From positions 62,001 to 126,000 of the forward strand of contig JANHCV010000008.1 in assembly GCA_025594325.1 (NCBI GenBank): a stretch of DNA of 64,000 bases, in the 5' to 3' direction. The notes beneath the pieces are model-generated. The model was not told the origin of the DNA, made no database searches, and worked only from the letters and a program-made list of their open reading frames with translations. Shown here piece after piece: positions 34,793 through 45,243 of the stretch. The stretch comes from Blastocladiella emersonii ATCC 22665. Its lineage: Eukaryota > Fungi > Blastocladiomycota. The first letter of the stretch is position 1. Each line of letters opens with the position of its first letter. The position numbers and the translations under genes were made by a program.

Positions 34793-35866
34793 TTACAAAA
34801 ACGTCGGCACCGTCCCCACCCCGACCCCGTCCAACGTCGTACTCCCATGCCCCGCCCTCGCCCGCCCCCGCTCCCTTTCCCGCCGCTGTGCGCGGTGCAG
34901 GATCCACTCGAACGAGGCCTCGGTGACGAGCGCGACGCTGGCCATGAGCGAGGTGCGCGCGTTGTCGCGGACGGGCAGGGTCGCGGCCTTGAGGGCGAAC
35001 ACGGCGATCCACTCGATGACGAGGGCGGCGGTCAGGATCCGGAAGGTGCGCGTCAAAGCGACGCGGATCCCGATGGCGCGGCTGTCCCTGCGCGGCGGCG
35101 GCGCGGGCGGTGTGGTGGGACATTCGGTGGGCGAGAGCGGCGCGAAGACAAGCGTCGCAGAGCCCTGCGGGACGGGAGCGGCGCACGGTGTCTCGGCAAC
35201 GGCCGTCGCCGGTTTCGACGCCGCGCCGACCGCAGCCGGCTCGCGCAACCCGACACGCAACGTCCACAGCGCGCCGCCGAGCGTGACGGCCATGAGCGCA
35301 AACTCGCACGACGAGATCCAGTTCGGGACGAGCCGCGTGCTCAACCACCTCGCCGGGTCACCGATCGCCGCGAGCTCAACGACACTCGCGAGCCCGCGCG
35401 CAATGAACACGGCCGTGAACGCTCCGCTGAGCGCGATCATCGCTCTCACAAGCCGCTGCTGGTTCCCCGGGTCCTCGATGACGATGAGCGCGTGCCGCCG
35501 CGTGATGATGAGGGCGAGCAGCGGGAGGAGCGGGCCCGCGGTGAACAGGTACACGGTGCGCGCGAGGACAAAGTTCGGGGGCGGGGAAGACCGCCACGCG
35601 GACCAGATGTACGCGAACCCGTTCAGGATGTCGGCGCACGTCAGCAGGCCGTACGCGACGAGCAGGCCCGGGCGGCGGCCGCGGGACTCGTGGTGCGTCG
35701 AGTTGCGACGACTACGTGGTCGGCGGCAGCAGTAGCACCGCGGGTGGAGCCGGCGATACCGGCGCAGCAGGTACAGCGTGGTCGGGACGGCGAGGGCGAC
35801 CGCGACGGCGTAGGTCCACAGCGTCGCTATGGCTTCGTGATCGGGCAGCAGAGGGTCTGGTTCCAC
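34793..35866 (-). CDS. 7TM GPCR-like membrane protein, group B (B3, divergent); GTG at the position of the paralogs' ATG
   Basis: Open 357-codon frame with TRRHALIVIED, LWTLRVGL, LTRTFRILT, TEASFEWIL, tail PTFL*. It begins caccGTG where paralogs have caccATG or taccATG. Confidence 0.7.
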   Translation of the reverse strand: MEPDPLLPDHEAIATLWTYAVAVALAVPTTLYLLRRYRRLHPRCYCCRRPRSRRNSTHHESRGRRPGLLVAYGLLTCADILNGFAYIWSAWRSSPPPNFVLARTVYLFTAGPLLPLLALIITRRHALIVIEDPGNQQRLVRAMIALSGAFTAVFIARGLASVVELAAIGDPARWLSTRLVPNWISSCEFALMAVTLGGALWTLRVGLREPAAVGAASKPATAVAETPCAAPVPQGSATLVFAPLSPTECPTTPPAPPPRRDSRAIGIRVALTRTFRILTAALVIEWIAVFALKAATLPVRDNARTSLMASVALVTEASFEWILHRAQRRERERGRARAGHGSTTLDGVGVGTVPTFL

Positions 35867-36216
35867 GGTGTGTGTGCGTCTATGTGATCGAGGGCGGCTT
35901 CGACTACCGCTCGGGAAGCGAGGACCGCCGCGACAGACGGCGCCGGCTGAGCGAGATCGGGAGCCACCACGCTCGCACTCACATCCGAGCCGAGCAAGCG
36001 CTATCGCGGTGGCTCTCGGCAGGTCGTGCCATCGTCACCATGGGGGACGGCAGCGGCCGGGGTGGTGGTGCGGGCGGGAGGCAGCCGGCCATCCTTGACC
36101 GCGCCGACGTCGCCGCTCTCTCCCTCCGACCCCCACCCGCCTCGGCGATCCATGTAACGCGACTCGGTGCAACCTCGCGCCAGTCCATCTTGCATCAAGT
36201 ATTATCCATCCATACC

Positions 36217-36874
36217 ATGCCCTCGCACGGCGACGAGAGTAACGGGCGGCCGACGAAGCGGGCGCGGTTCGCGGCGGACCCCGTGTCGGCGGCGGACCCG
36301 CTGGGCGACGACGACGAGCTGCAGGGCGACGACGTGGGCGAGTCGTCCAGCGGGCCCATCTCGGCGACGGTCGGGTCGATGCAGGTGCCCATGACGATGC
36401 AGCTCATCTACGAGGCCGACGAGCGGACAGTCGGGTGCGTCCTCCCCTCCTCTCTCCCCCCCGTCCCCTCTGACCCCGTACCCGCACCAGCGAGTTCGTT
36501 GAGAAACACTGCACCCCCGACCAGCGCGAGCGGTTCTACGCGTTCCGGCGGATCAAGTTCAACGGGAGCCACCTGCGGCGCCTCGCAATTGCGGCCACGG
36601 GCGCCAATACCATTACGAAAGGCGTCCCGCTGGTGCTGTCGGCCATCACGCGCACGTACCTGTCCGAGATCCTCGACCTGGCGCGCGCGGTCATGCGCGA
36701 GATGGGCGACTCGCCGACGGGCGCCCTCGGGCCGCATCATTTGCGCGAGGGGTACCGGAGGTATCGCGCGCGAGGTACGTTGTGCGTTGGGTGAGGGTGT
36801 GGGGCTGAGCGCTGACGACGCGGGGTGTAGGACGCGGGTTCCCGCCGCACAACTACCGGAAACGCATCTTCTGA
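36217..36874 (+). CDS. TAF11: TFIID subunit TAF11 (histone fold); exons 36217..36434, 36491..36774, 36831..36874; 181 aa. Not recovered intact in the ORF track.
   Basis: Spliced translation ...EFVEKHCTPDQRERFYAFRRIKFNGSHLRRLAIAATGANTITKGVPLVLSAITRTYLSEILDLARAVMREMGDSPTGALGPHHLREGYRRY... follows the TAF11 pattern (Q..R...RR..F; L.P.H.RE..RR). The introns keep the frame. Confidence 0.82.
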
Positions 36875-36921
36875 TCCTTTCATGAAGTACACTCGTTTTC
36901 CATTCACGCCAAATGATGTGT

Positions 36922-38058
36922 CTATTTTGTCCTTGCGGGATATCCATGACTCGCCGCTGCAGCCTTCCACTGCCCCGCCGCCGTCCCCGCGACCTGCTGC
37001 GCGGCATGCACCCCCGCGCTCCCGACCTTGACCGCCGTGCGGCTTGGTATCTCGATCGCGACCCCGGCCCCCTTCGCCGCCGCGTTCGCCGCGGCCTCGC
37101 GCGCGCGCCGCATGCGGTGCTTCCACCGCAGACGGCGGAACAGGTGGTCGAACGAGAGCTCCATGACGCAGCTCGCGGGCGACGCGACCATGCCGACGGC
37201 GGTGCGCAGCAGCGCCGGGATGCCGGGCACCATCTCGGCGATCGCGTAGGCGGTCCACAGCGAGATGAAGGTCAGCGTCAGGTACCGGAACGTCGACGTG
37301 AGCGGCGCGCGGATCCCGCCGTGGTGCGTGATCAAGCCGACGGGGGGCGGGTTGGTGAGGGTCGCGCCGGACGACGCTGCAGAGCTGCCGAACTGCGTCG
37401 TGGGGTCGGACCCGTTCCCCGACGACGACCCGAGCGGGTCCGGCAGATCGAGGTGCTCGAACGCAACGGCCAAACTCCTTGCCGACGCGTACAGGACCGC
37501 AGCAGGCAATACACCCGACGCGGCGACGCACCACGCCGGGTACAGCGGCGTCCGCGTCGCGATCTCGGGCTTCTGGGCGACCTCGGCGAACGTCGCGGCC
37601 GCGCCGATCCACTGCATCACGCCCACGACGACACCCAGCGCGGTCGCGAGCCGCACCATCGACTTCTGCACGCTCGGCTGCGCGACGACAATGGTCGCAC
37701 ACCGCTGCAGCGCGATGACCGTGACGACGGCGGGCAGCGGGCAGTTGACGGCAACCGCGACCGCGCGCGTCGCAATGGCCGCGCGCGGCGGGACGTGGCC
37801 GAGGAGCAGCTCGCATAGCGCGATGACCAGCGCGTTGCCCGACGCGAGCAGCGCGAGGACGCCGAGAGACAGGAGGAGGACCAGGCGGAACGAGACGCGG
37901 ATGCGGTGCGGCCGTGGTCTTGGGTGAGGGTGTTGAGGGGCGCAGGGTCGAGGGGAGGGGAGCAGCCGCGCAATCATGTACGCCAGGCACGCGACGGCGA
38001 TGCACACGCCGACGGCGTCGAGCAGCGCGGCCGCGGCGGCGGTGGCGGTCGATACCAT
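36922..38058 (-). CDS. 7TM GPCR-like membrane protein, group B (B4, short third loop)
   Basis: QRCATIVV, YPAWC, SLAVAFE, LTSTFRYLT, ELSFDHLFRR. Confidence 0.78.
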   Translation of the reverse strand: MVSTATAAAAALLDAVGVCIAVACLAYMIARLLPSPRPCAPQHPHPRPRPHRIRVSFRLVLLLSLGVLALLASGNALVIALCELLLGHVPPRAAIATRAVAVAVNCPLPAVVTVIALQRCATIVVAQPSVQKSMVRLATALGVVVGVMQWIGAAATFAEVAQKPEIATRTPLYPAWCVAASGVLPAAVLYASARSLAVAFEHLDLPDPLGSSSGNGSDPTTQFGSSAASSGATLTNPPPVGLITHHGGIRAPLTSTFRYLTLTFISLWTAYAIAEMVPGIPALLRTAVGMVASPASCVMELSFDHLFRRLRWKHRMRRAREAAANAAAKGAGVAIEIPSRTAVKVGSAGVHAAQQVAGTAAGQWKAAAASHGYPARTK

Positions 38059-38394
38059 GGTTGTGATTGTTGAGGAGGAGGAGGGGAGAGAGCGGGGGCG
38101 AGGCCGTCCTGCAAGTTCATCCTGCAGCGGCGACCATACGCCACCCGACGCGGGAGGAACAAGGCGCCGCTCGGCGGCCCCAGGCGTGGACCCACGCTGG
38201 CAGCCGCAGCGGTATCAAGATGAGCAAAAGCGGGTCCTGGTGCGGCCGATCCGTTGAAAAGGCGGAAGCGAGCGGGCGGGCAACGGCGGCGACGGAGCAG
38301 AGTGTGGCACCGGAAGAACTCGAGGCGGTGGCGGAGAGGCCCCATGTGGCGCAGCGCCTCGCCGACGTGTGGACATCACCGACGCGTCGCTCAT

Positions 38395-39648
38395 TCATTC
38401 TACGGGGCGTGTATTGGTGGGAGCCGGCGCAATCTCACCGCTTGGTCGCGGTGCGGTACATTCATCTGCCGGACCGACACCACCCATCCCGACCATCCCC
38501 ACCGCGGCTGCCGCGGGTGGTGCAAACTCGGCCATCGTCATCGCAACACTCTCGGGATGCCCGTCACCCGCGCGCATCTTCCTTCGGATCGCCTGCGTGC
38601 GTCGGTGGTCACGCCGAACGACGTAGTCGAAGCACAGCTCGGCGACCGCCGTCAGCGCCGCCAGGAACACGATCAGGCCCTGGCGCAGGATCAGCGGGAC
38701 CGGCAGCAGGTACGCGCCGAACCAGCACGTCCACAGCGTGATGAAGATGAGCGTCGTTGAGCGGTAGCTCAGCGTCAGGGATTCTTGGAGCACGGCGACG
38801 CGGCGGCGCGGGAGCGCGGGCAGTGGTGGTGGGGGTGGTGCAGGGTCGGTAGGGGTGGTGGGGAGTGGACTGAGCAAGCCCGACCGCCCGACGAGAGAGC
38901 GCGACAGGTTGAGCGTGAGCGTCGACGAGCTGAGCGCCGACACCAATCGCGACGCCGACGACGTCTGCCCAAGCGGGCGCGGCGCAGGCACCGGCACGGG
39001 GTCCTCGAAGGCAACCGCGAGCGACTTGACCGTGGCCGTCGCGAGCGTGACGGGCAGCAGAATCGTCAAATACATGGCCCACCGCGGGTACGCCGGCCCC
39101 TCCGCCAACACCGCGGGGTCCATTCGCCCCGCCATCTCGACCAGCGTGAACACCCCGCTCCCCGCCTGCACCGCGAGCACGACGAGCGCGAGCGACGTGC
39201 ACGCGCCGACGAACCGCCGCTGCCACGCCTTGTCCGTCGCGGCGACCGCCGCGTACCGCCGCGACGCGTTGATGGTCACGATCGACGGGATCGGGAAGAT
39301 GAACACCAGGACGAGCGCGCGGCACGGGATCAGCGCGGTAGTGGGGCCGAAGACGAGAAGGTACGCCATGGCGGCGTAGTTGGCGGAACCGAACAGCGTC
39401 AGCAGACAGTGCAGCCACACGAGGTTCGCGCGCACCGCGTCGAGCCCGGGCACCCGCTTTCGTCGTGTCGTAGCATCCGCGGGCTGCTTCGGCCCGCTCC
39501 ACCGCCGCAGCAACGGGTTCGGGATCCCCGGAAACGACGAGCCCAGGAGCCACGTCATGCACAGGACTGAGAGCACCGCGCCCGCGCCGGATAGCCCCAT
39601 GGCCGCGGCCGCGATCGCGAGCGGGACCAGCGGCGGATGCATGGACAT
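38395..39648 (-). CDS. 7TM GPCR-like membrane protein, group B (B4)
   Basis: SRRYAAVA, YPRWA, SLAVAFE, LTLSYRSTT, ELCFDYVVRR. Confidence 0.8.
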   Translation of the reverse strand: MSMHPPLVPLAIAAAAMGLSGAGAVLSVLCMTWLLGSSFPGIPNPLLRRWSGPKQPADATTRRKRVPGLDAVRANLVWLHCLLTLFGSANYAAMAYLLVFGPTTALIPCRALVLVFIFPIPSIVTINASRRYAAVAATDKAWQRRFVGACTSLALVVLAVQAGSGVFTLVEMAGRMDPAVLAEGPAYPRWAMYLTILLPVTLATATVKSLAVAFEDPVPVPAPRPLGQTSSASRLVSALSSSTLTLNLSRSLVGRSGLLSPLPTTPTDPAPPPPPLPALPRRRVAVLQESLTLSYRSTTLIFITLWTCWFGAYLLPVPLILRQGLIVFLAALTAVAELCFDYVVRRDHRRTQAIRRKMRAGDGHPESVAMTMAEFAPPAAAAVGMVGMGGVGPADECTAPRPSGEIAPAPTNTRPVE

Positions 39649-39807
39649 GGTTGCATTATGGATGTTGCATGGAGTGGGTTACATTGAATGGAGGTGGATG
39701 AGGGGTCGGGGGAGAGGAGAGGAGGAGAGCACGGCTGTCTCGCGGAACGCACGTGGGCGCGAGACACTTTCGCGTCGCGTCCGGAACGGGTCAAAACCGG
39801 GGCCCGA

Positions 39808-41073
39808 TCATGGCGCCGGGTTTTCATTCGAGGACAGAATACACGCCGGCACCACTGTCGCACTCATCCCGGTCACAACCACCGCGGCGCCCTCAACAGC
39901 GGCCTCGCCCTTTTCTGGCGCCGCCGGCACCCCAACCACCGCGAACTCCGCCATCGTCATCGCCACACTCTCGGGATGCCCTTCCCCCGCACGCACCTTC
40001 CGCCGCAACTTCTGCGTGCGTCGATGATCGCGCCGGACGACGTAGTCGAAACACAGCTCGGTGACCGCGGCCACGGACGCGAGGAACGCGATGATCCCCT
40101 GGCGCAGGATAAGCGGGACCGGGTACGCACCGAACCAGCACGACCACATGTACACGAACACGGCCGTCGTCGACTTGTAGCTCAGGGTGAGGGACTCTTG
40201 TAGCGGCGCGATGCGGCGGCGTGGGAGCGTGGGCAGTGGGGGCGGCGGAGGGTGAGGGGTGGTGGGCGACGGCAGCGACGTGGCCGAGCTGGGCGACGAT
40301 GGCAACGGGACTTGCCCGCCCGGCCGCGCGAGCATTGAGCGTGACAGGGACATGGACAGCGTCGACGCGCTGAACGCGATCGGCAGGCGGACCGACGACG
40401 AGCTAGCGCGCGGCAACCCTTCTGTATCCTCGAACGCGACTGCGAGCGCCTTGACCGTGGTCCCCGCGACCGTGACCGGCAGGAGGAACGTGAGGTACAG
40501 CGCCCACCGCGGGTACGCCGGGCCCTCGGCCAGCACGTGCGGGGTTCATTTTCCCCGCCATGACGACGACCGTGAACAGCGCCGCGCCCTCCTGGACCGC
40601 GAGCACCAGCAGCGCGACGCCTGTGCACACGGCGACGACGCGGTGCTGCCAGTCGCGGCTCGCGGCGGCCACCGCGACGTACCGCCTTGCCGCGTTCACG
40701 GTCGCGATCGACGGGATCGGGGAGATGAACATCAGGACCAAAGCGCGGCGCGGTGATGGGGCCGTACACGAGAAGATAAGTCATGGCCATGTAGTTGGCG
40801 GACCCGAACAGCGCGAGGACGCAGTGCACCCACACGAGCTGCGCGCGGACGGGGTCGAGGCCCGGCAGGCGTTGCCGTCGGCGGGTTGTTGTGGGGACGG
40901 CGACGGCGGGGACGGACGCGCGCTTGCTCCACCGCCGCAGCGGGTTCGGGATCCCCGGGAACGTGGACCCGCGCATCCACGACATGCAGAGCACCGAGGA
41001 CCACCGCGCCGAGCGCGGCTACGGCCATGGACGCCGCCGCGGTGGGTAGCGGGACGAGCGGGAGCGTGGCCAT
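39808..41073 (-). pseudogene. 7TM group B (B4) pseudogene, paralog of 38395
   Basis: Three frameshifts relative to the neighbour: +1 near 41000, a deletion of about 11 nt near 40755, and +1 near 40540. Confidence 0.85.
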
Positions 41074-41288
41074 ATCGAGATTTACATGTGTGCTGCAGCA
41101 GTCGCTTGCGTCGAGATCTTCAGGGGTCGGTCGCGGAGTAAGTATACATCCGAGGCCTCGGTGATCTGAACGAGTTCGCGGGCGCGGCGGCCGCGGTGTC
41201 TCGCGCCGCGTGTGGGACCTCGGGAGACGCGGAAAGTGCACTTTTGAGTGGAAACACGTTACGGGGAGGTATATAAAGGGCATATGGC

Positions 41289-42818
41289 CTAGTTGTTGTA
41301 GCCCTTCTCATTCAGGCACTGGTAGAGCGGGACCTGGACGTAGCCGTACTTGGCGAGCAGCGGGAGCGTGCGGTCGATCACGTTGGCCGTCTTCTGCTGG
41401 ATGTCGTGCTACGGCGCGCGTGCGATCATGGTCGAGGTCAGTTCCGCGTCCGAGCAGACACGAGCGAGAAAGCGAACGTACGCTGAGCGCGATATGGCTG
41501 TTGGACTTGGCCGGCGACTTGGCGAGCTCCGTGTCAAAGTACTTGACGATGCCGTCCTCGGTGGTCGCCGTCTGCCAGTCCTGGCTGTCGAGCGACCAGT
41601 AGATGACGCGGAACTTGAACTCGTTGTGCAGGATCGACATGACGTTGGCGTTGACGCTGCCGTACGGCGGACGGAAGAAGCGCGGCGTGTACCCGACAAT
41701 CGACTTGATGGCCTGGTTCGACCCGTTCACCTCAGAACGCACCTGCGTCGCCGTCAAAGTCGCGAGGTCGGCGTGGGTCTGACTGTGTGCCGCGAGCTGA
41801 TGCCCCGCCGCGTGCACCTGCTGCGCGATCGACCGGTACGAGTTGATGTTGGCGCCCACCATGAAGAAGGTCGCCTTCATGTTGGCCTTGGCCAGCGACG
41901 CGAGGATCCCGGCTGCACACGACGCGCACAGTTAGTGGTGGAGCTCCATGACCCATGAAATCGAGAATGACGTACGCGTAAGGGGGGACGGCCCGTCGTC
42001 CAGCGTGTACGCGAATGCGCCGGGCTTGCCGCACGACATGTACATGCCCCACTCGTCCTTGACGAAGGTGCCGCCCGCGAGCGACGCCACGGGCCGGAAC
42101 GTCAGCGGGTTGGCGACGGGCGCCGGGTACACGGACGTCGACACGCTACACGGTGCGGGGGCAGGTGAGATGTCATGTTCGGGGAACGAGTGGGAAGAGA
42201 CGCGTGCGTACCCGCTGGTCGGCTGCGGCGCCGTCGAGGTCACGGCCGTCGTCGTCGTGGTGGTGGTCGCGACGGCCGGGTCGGCGATGACCTTGACGAG
42301 GTGGATCTTGATCGGGCCGTCGAACGTGACACCCTACACATCCACGATCGTGAGCCACAAACCACGACGACCACCCAAAAGTAACGTACATCAGCGCGCT
42401 TCGGATCCGCGAGGCCGAACTGGGACATGGGGATCGTGGCCGCCGCACGAGCCACCGTCGCGGGCCCAACGATCGAGACGGCGGCCGAGTTGACGGCCCA
42501 GCTCGCGCACTTGGCGTCGCGCTGGCCAAAGTACACGTTGACCGCCTGGCGCGCGGACGTGGGCGTGTACTCGAAGTAGACGGCCTTGCCCGTCATGTCG
42601 TAGCACACGCCCGCGTCGCCCGAGAACGAGGTCCCGAAGTAGCCCGTCGACGACACGGTCGCGGTGCCCGCGGCGTACGTCACGCCGGAACCGCCGTGGT
42701 AGTACCCGAGCGAGTTGGTCGCCGTCTTGGACAGGTCGTCGACGACGAACGGCACGGTCTGCGCGCGAGAGAGGACAGCGAGGAGCGCCAGGAGGTAGAG
42801 GATCGAGACGGGTTTCAT
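41289..42818 (-). CDS. Secreted CE4 deacetylase: signal peptide, unknown domain, Thr linker, catalytic domain (no hevein domain); 4 introns
   Basis: MKPVSILYLLALLAVLSRA signal peptide. TLDDGP, HSQTH, RPPYG, DSQDW, LSHD after splicing. Confidence 0.85.
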
Positions 42819-43133
42819 GGTGGTGATGCTTGCTCGACGTGAGTGTGGAGTGCGGCGAGAGAGAGGGGGAAGGGGCAAGGCGCGGATTTGTACTGCACGC
42901 CCGCGAGTCTAACAATTGTGGCGGACTGACTGAGCAGGCCGTGTCTCGCACCGCGCGTCTCGCACCTCGCGCGTGACTGACCGCGCGCGCGCGACTGGTC
43001 ACGCGTCGCTCATCCGCGCCACGCTCGATCACTGAAACCATCACGCGCGGGAGAGAGCTCGCGCCACTTGGTGCAACGTCAAGAAGGACAAAATCTATAC
43101 CGTCTATCACACACACCAGTCCGCTCGACTCGC

Positions 43134-44653
43134 TCACATGTACGAGCGCTCGTTGGTACAGACCATCAACGGCACAAGCGTGAACCCGTTGGCCTTAACC
43201 TGGTTCATCCAACGCCCGTACCCCTGGCTCGTCTTCTGCTGAATATCGTGCTGCAGCAGCGAGATATAGCTCTTGCGCGCGGGGTCGACGACCGTGGTGC
43301 GGTAGAACTCGGTGATACTCTCGACGGTCGTCTGGCTCTGCCAATCGTTCGTGTCGGGGCCCCAGTACACGACGCGGTACCCGGCGCGCGTCAGCTTGTC
43401 CATGATGGCCTGGTTGATGCTCCCGTACGGCGGGCGGAAGTAGCGCGGGCGCACGCCGACCGTCGTCGCGATCGCCGCCGACGCGCGCGTGATCTCGTCG
43501 TCGACTTGCGCCGAGGAAAGCGTCAAAAGGTTCGGATGGGTGTGGGTGTGTTGGGCGACGTGATGCCCCTGCGCGAGCACGCTGCGCGCAATCTCGGGGA
43601 ACTTGAGCACCTCGGTGCCGACCATGAAGAAGGTGGACTTGACGCCGGCGGACGCGAGCTGCGCCAGGATGGTGGGCGTCAGCGGACTCGGCCCGTCGTC
43701 CAGCGTCATGCTCGCCATGCCCGGCCACCCGCACGACACGAGCATGCCGAAATCGCCCGTCTCGAACTTGGGGTTGCGCAGCAGCGGCGAGGGAACCCAC
43801 AGGCGCGAGTCCGCGGGCGGCGTCGGGAACTTGGTGGTGGGCGGTGGCGTGACGGGCGTCGGCGAGGGCGTGGGCGACGGGGCGGCGCCGCAGGTCTGCA
43901 GGCCGAGGATGGGTTTCTGGTCGCACTGGCTTTGGCACTCTGTTCGCGGAGTGCTGAGTGAGCGGGTGGTTGCGTCGGAGCGAAGGCAACAGAGAACGTA
44001 CTGGTGCCGCAGTGGTCGGGCGAGGTGCCGCAGTACCCGTACTGCGAGCAGCACGCGCCGTTCGGGCACACTTTCTCGGCGCCGCACATGCCCTCGGCGA
44101 GGTTGGAGATGCACTGGCTCGCGGCAATTGTGGGGCGCGTAGTCGGCGCGGCCGTTGTCGACGTGGTGGGCGCCGCTGCCCCGATACTGACGCGGTGGAT
44201 GGTGATGGGCCCCTCCCACTGGACCCCGAACGCCTTCTTCGTATCGGCGCCCGCGAACGCGGCGAACGGGACCGTCGCCGTCGTCCGGGTCACGGCCGCA
44301 GGCCCCTTGATGGTAGCGGTACGCGCGGCGCCCTCGGCGGTGCACCCCTCAAAGTAGGTGACCTTGACGGCCTGGTTGGCGGCCGCCGGCGTGTAGTCGA
44401 AGACGAGCGCCTTGCCCGACACGTCGCGGCATGCGCCGCCGCCGGGCGCGACGACTTCCTCGAACCAGCCCAGCGACGAGATGATCTTGACCCCGCCCGG
44501 CACGTACGCGGCCAGCGCCCCGCCGCGCCACCCGCCGAGGTTGTTGCTGCCGCTGGCGATGGACGCGGCGCGGAGGGAAAAGTCGTCGACGAGCTGCGCG
44601 TGCGCGGCCGCGGCGAGGAGGGCGATGAGGACGAGCAAGGACGGTGGTGTCAT
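43134..44653 (-). CDS. Secreted CE4 deacetylase: signal peptide, unknown domain, hevein CBM18, catalytic domain; 1 intron (43940..44001)
   Basis: CGAEKVCPNGACCSQYGYCGTSPDHCGT|KCQSQC. TLDDGP, HTHTH, RPPYG, DTNDW, LQHD. Confidence 0.9.
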
Positions 44654-45243
44654 TTCTGATGGGTTGCGTGGTGGGAGAGCTGCAATGGCGGGGACCTATG
44701 GGGCTCTTGTAGGCGGACTCGCCGTGGCCGCCGGCAGCCGTGGAAGTGTTCTGGACGCAAGCGCAAGCGCAAGCAACGGAAATGAGGCCCGCAGCAGCAG
44801 CGGGGCAGCGGAACAATCAATCTCATTTGCTAGTGGCGCAGCGCGCGGTGAGTGGCTGCCGCTGGTGGTGGCGCAGCATCCGTGTTTCGGGTCGAACGAG
44901 ACAGGTGAAACGCGGGTTTCCGATCGCACGTGCGCGTGAAAACCGCGTTTTGCGGCCGCAGCGCAAACGCGACCTTCGCTGCGGCCGCCGACCAGCTTCG
45001 ATCGGCAGGCGAACCTTCTCCACCGCGCAACTCGGCGCACCCAATCAGCATGCAGCACGCCAACGCGGAGCAGCGAGAACGGGGAGCAGGGCAACCTTCT
45101 CGGAACGCGGCCGCGCCTTGGATCGCCGCTGGCCGCGCCGGGCCGCCTATATAAGGTGTGAGCCCGCCCGCCCCCGTTGACTGTCCTCCCGACAAAGCCG
45201 TCTTGCACACGGACTTGCACACCCACACGCACACGCACCCGCC

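Noticed and set aside
21706-41073. 7TM proteins as rhodopsins
   Set aside because: There is no Lys in TM7 (e.g. TFMASLMLVTEASFDWLL) for a retinal Schiff base and no opsin motifs.
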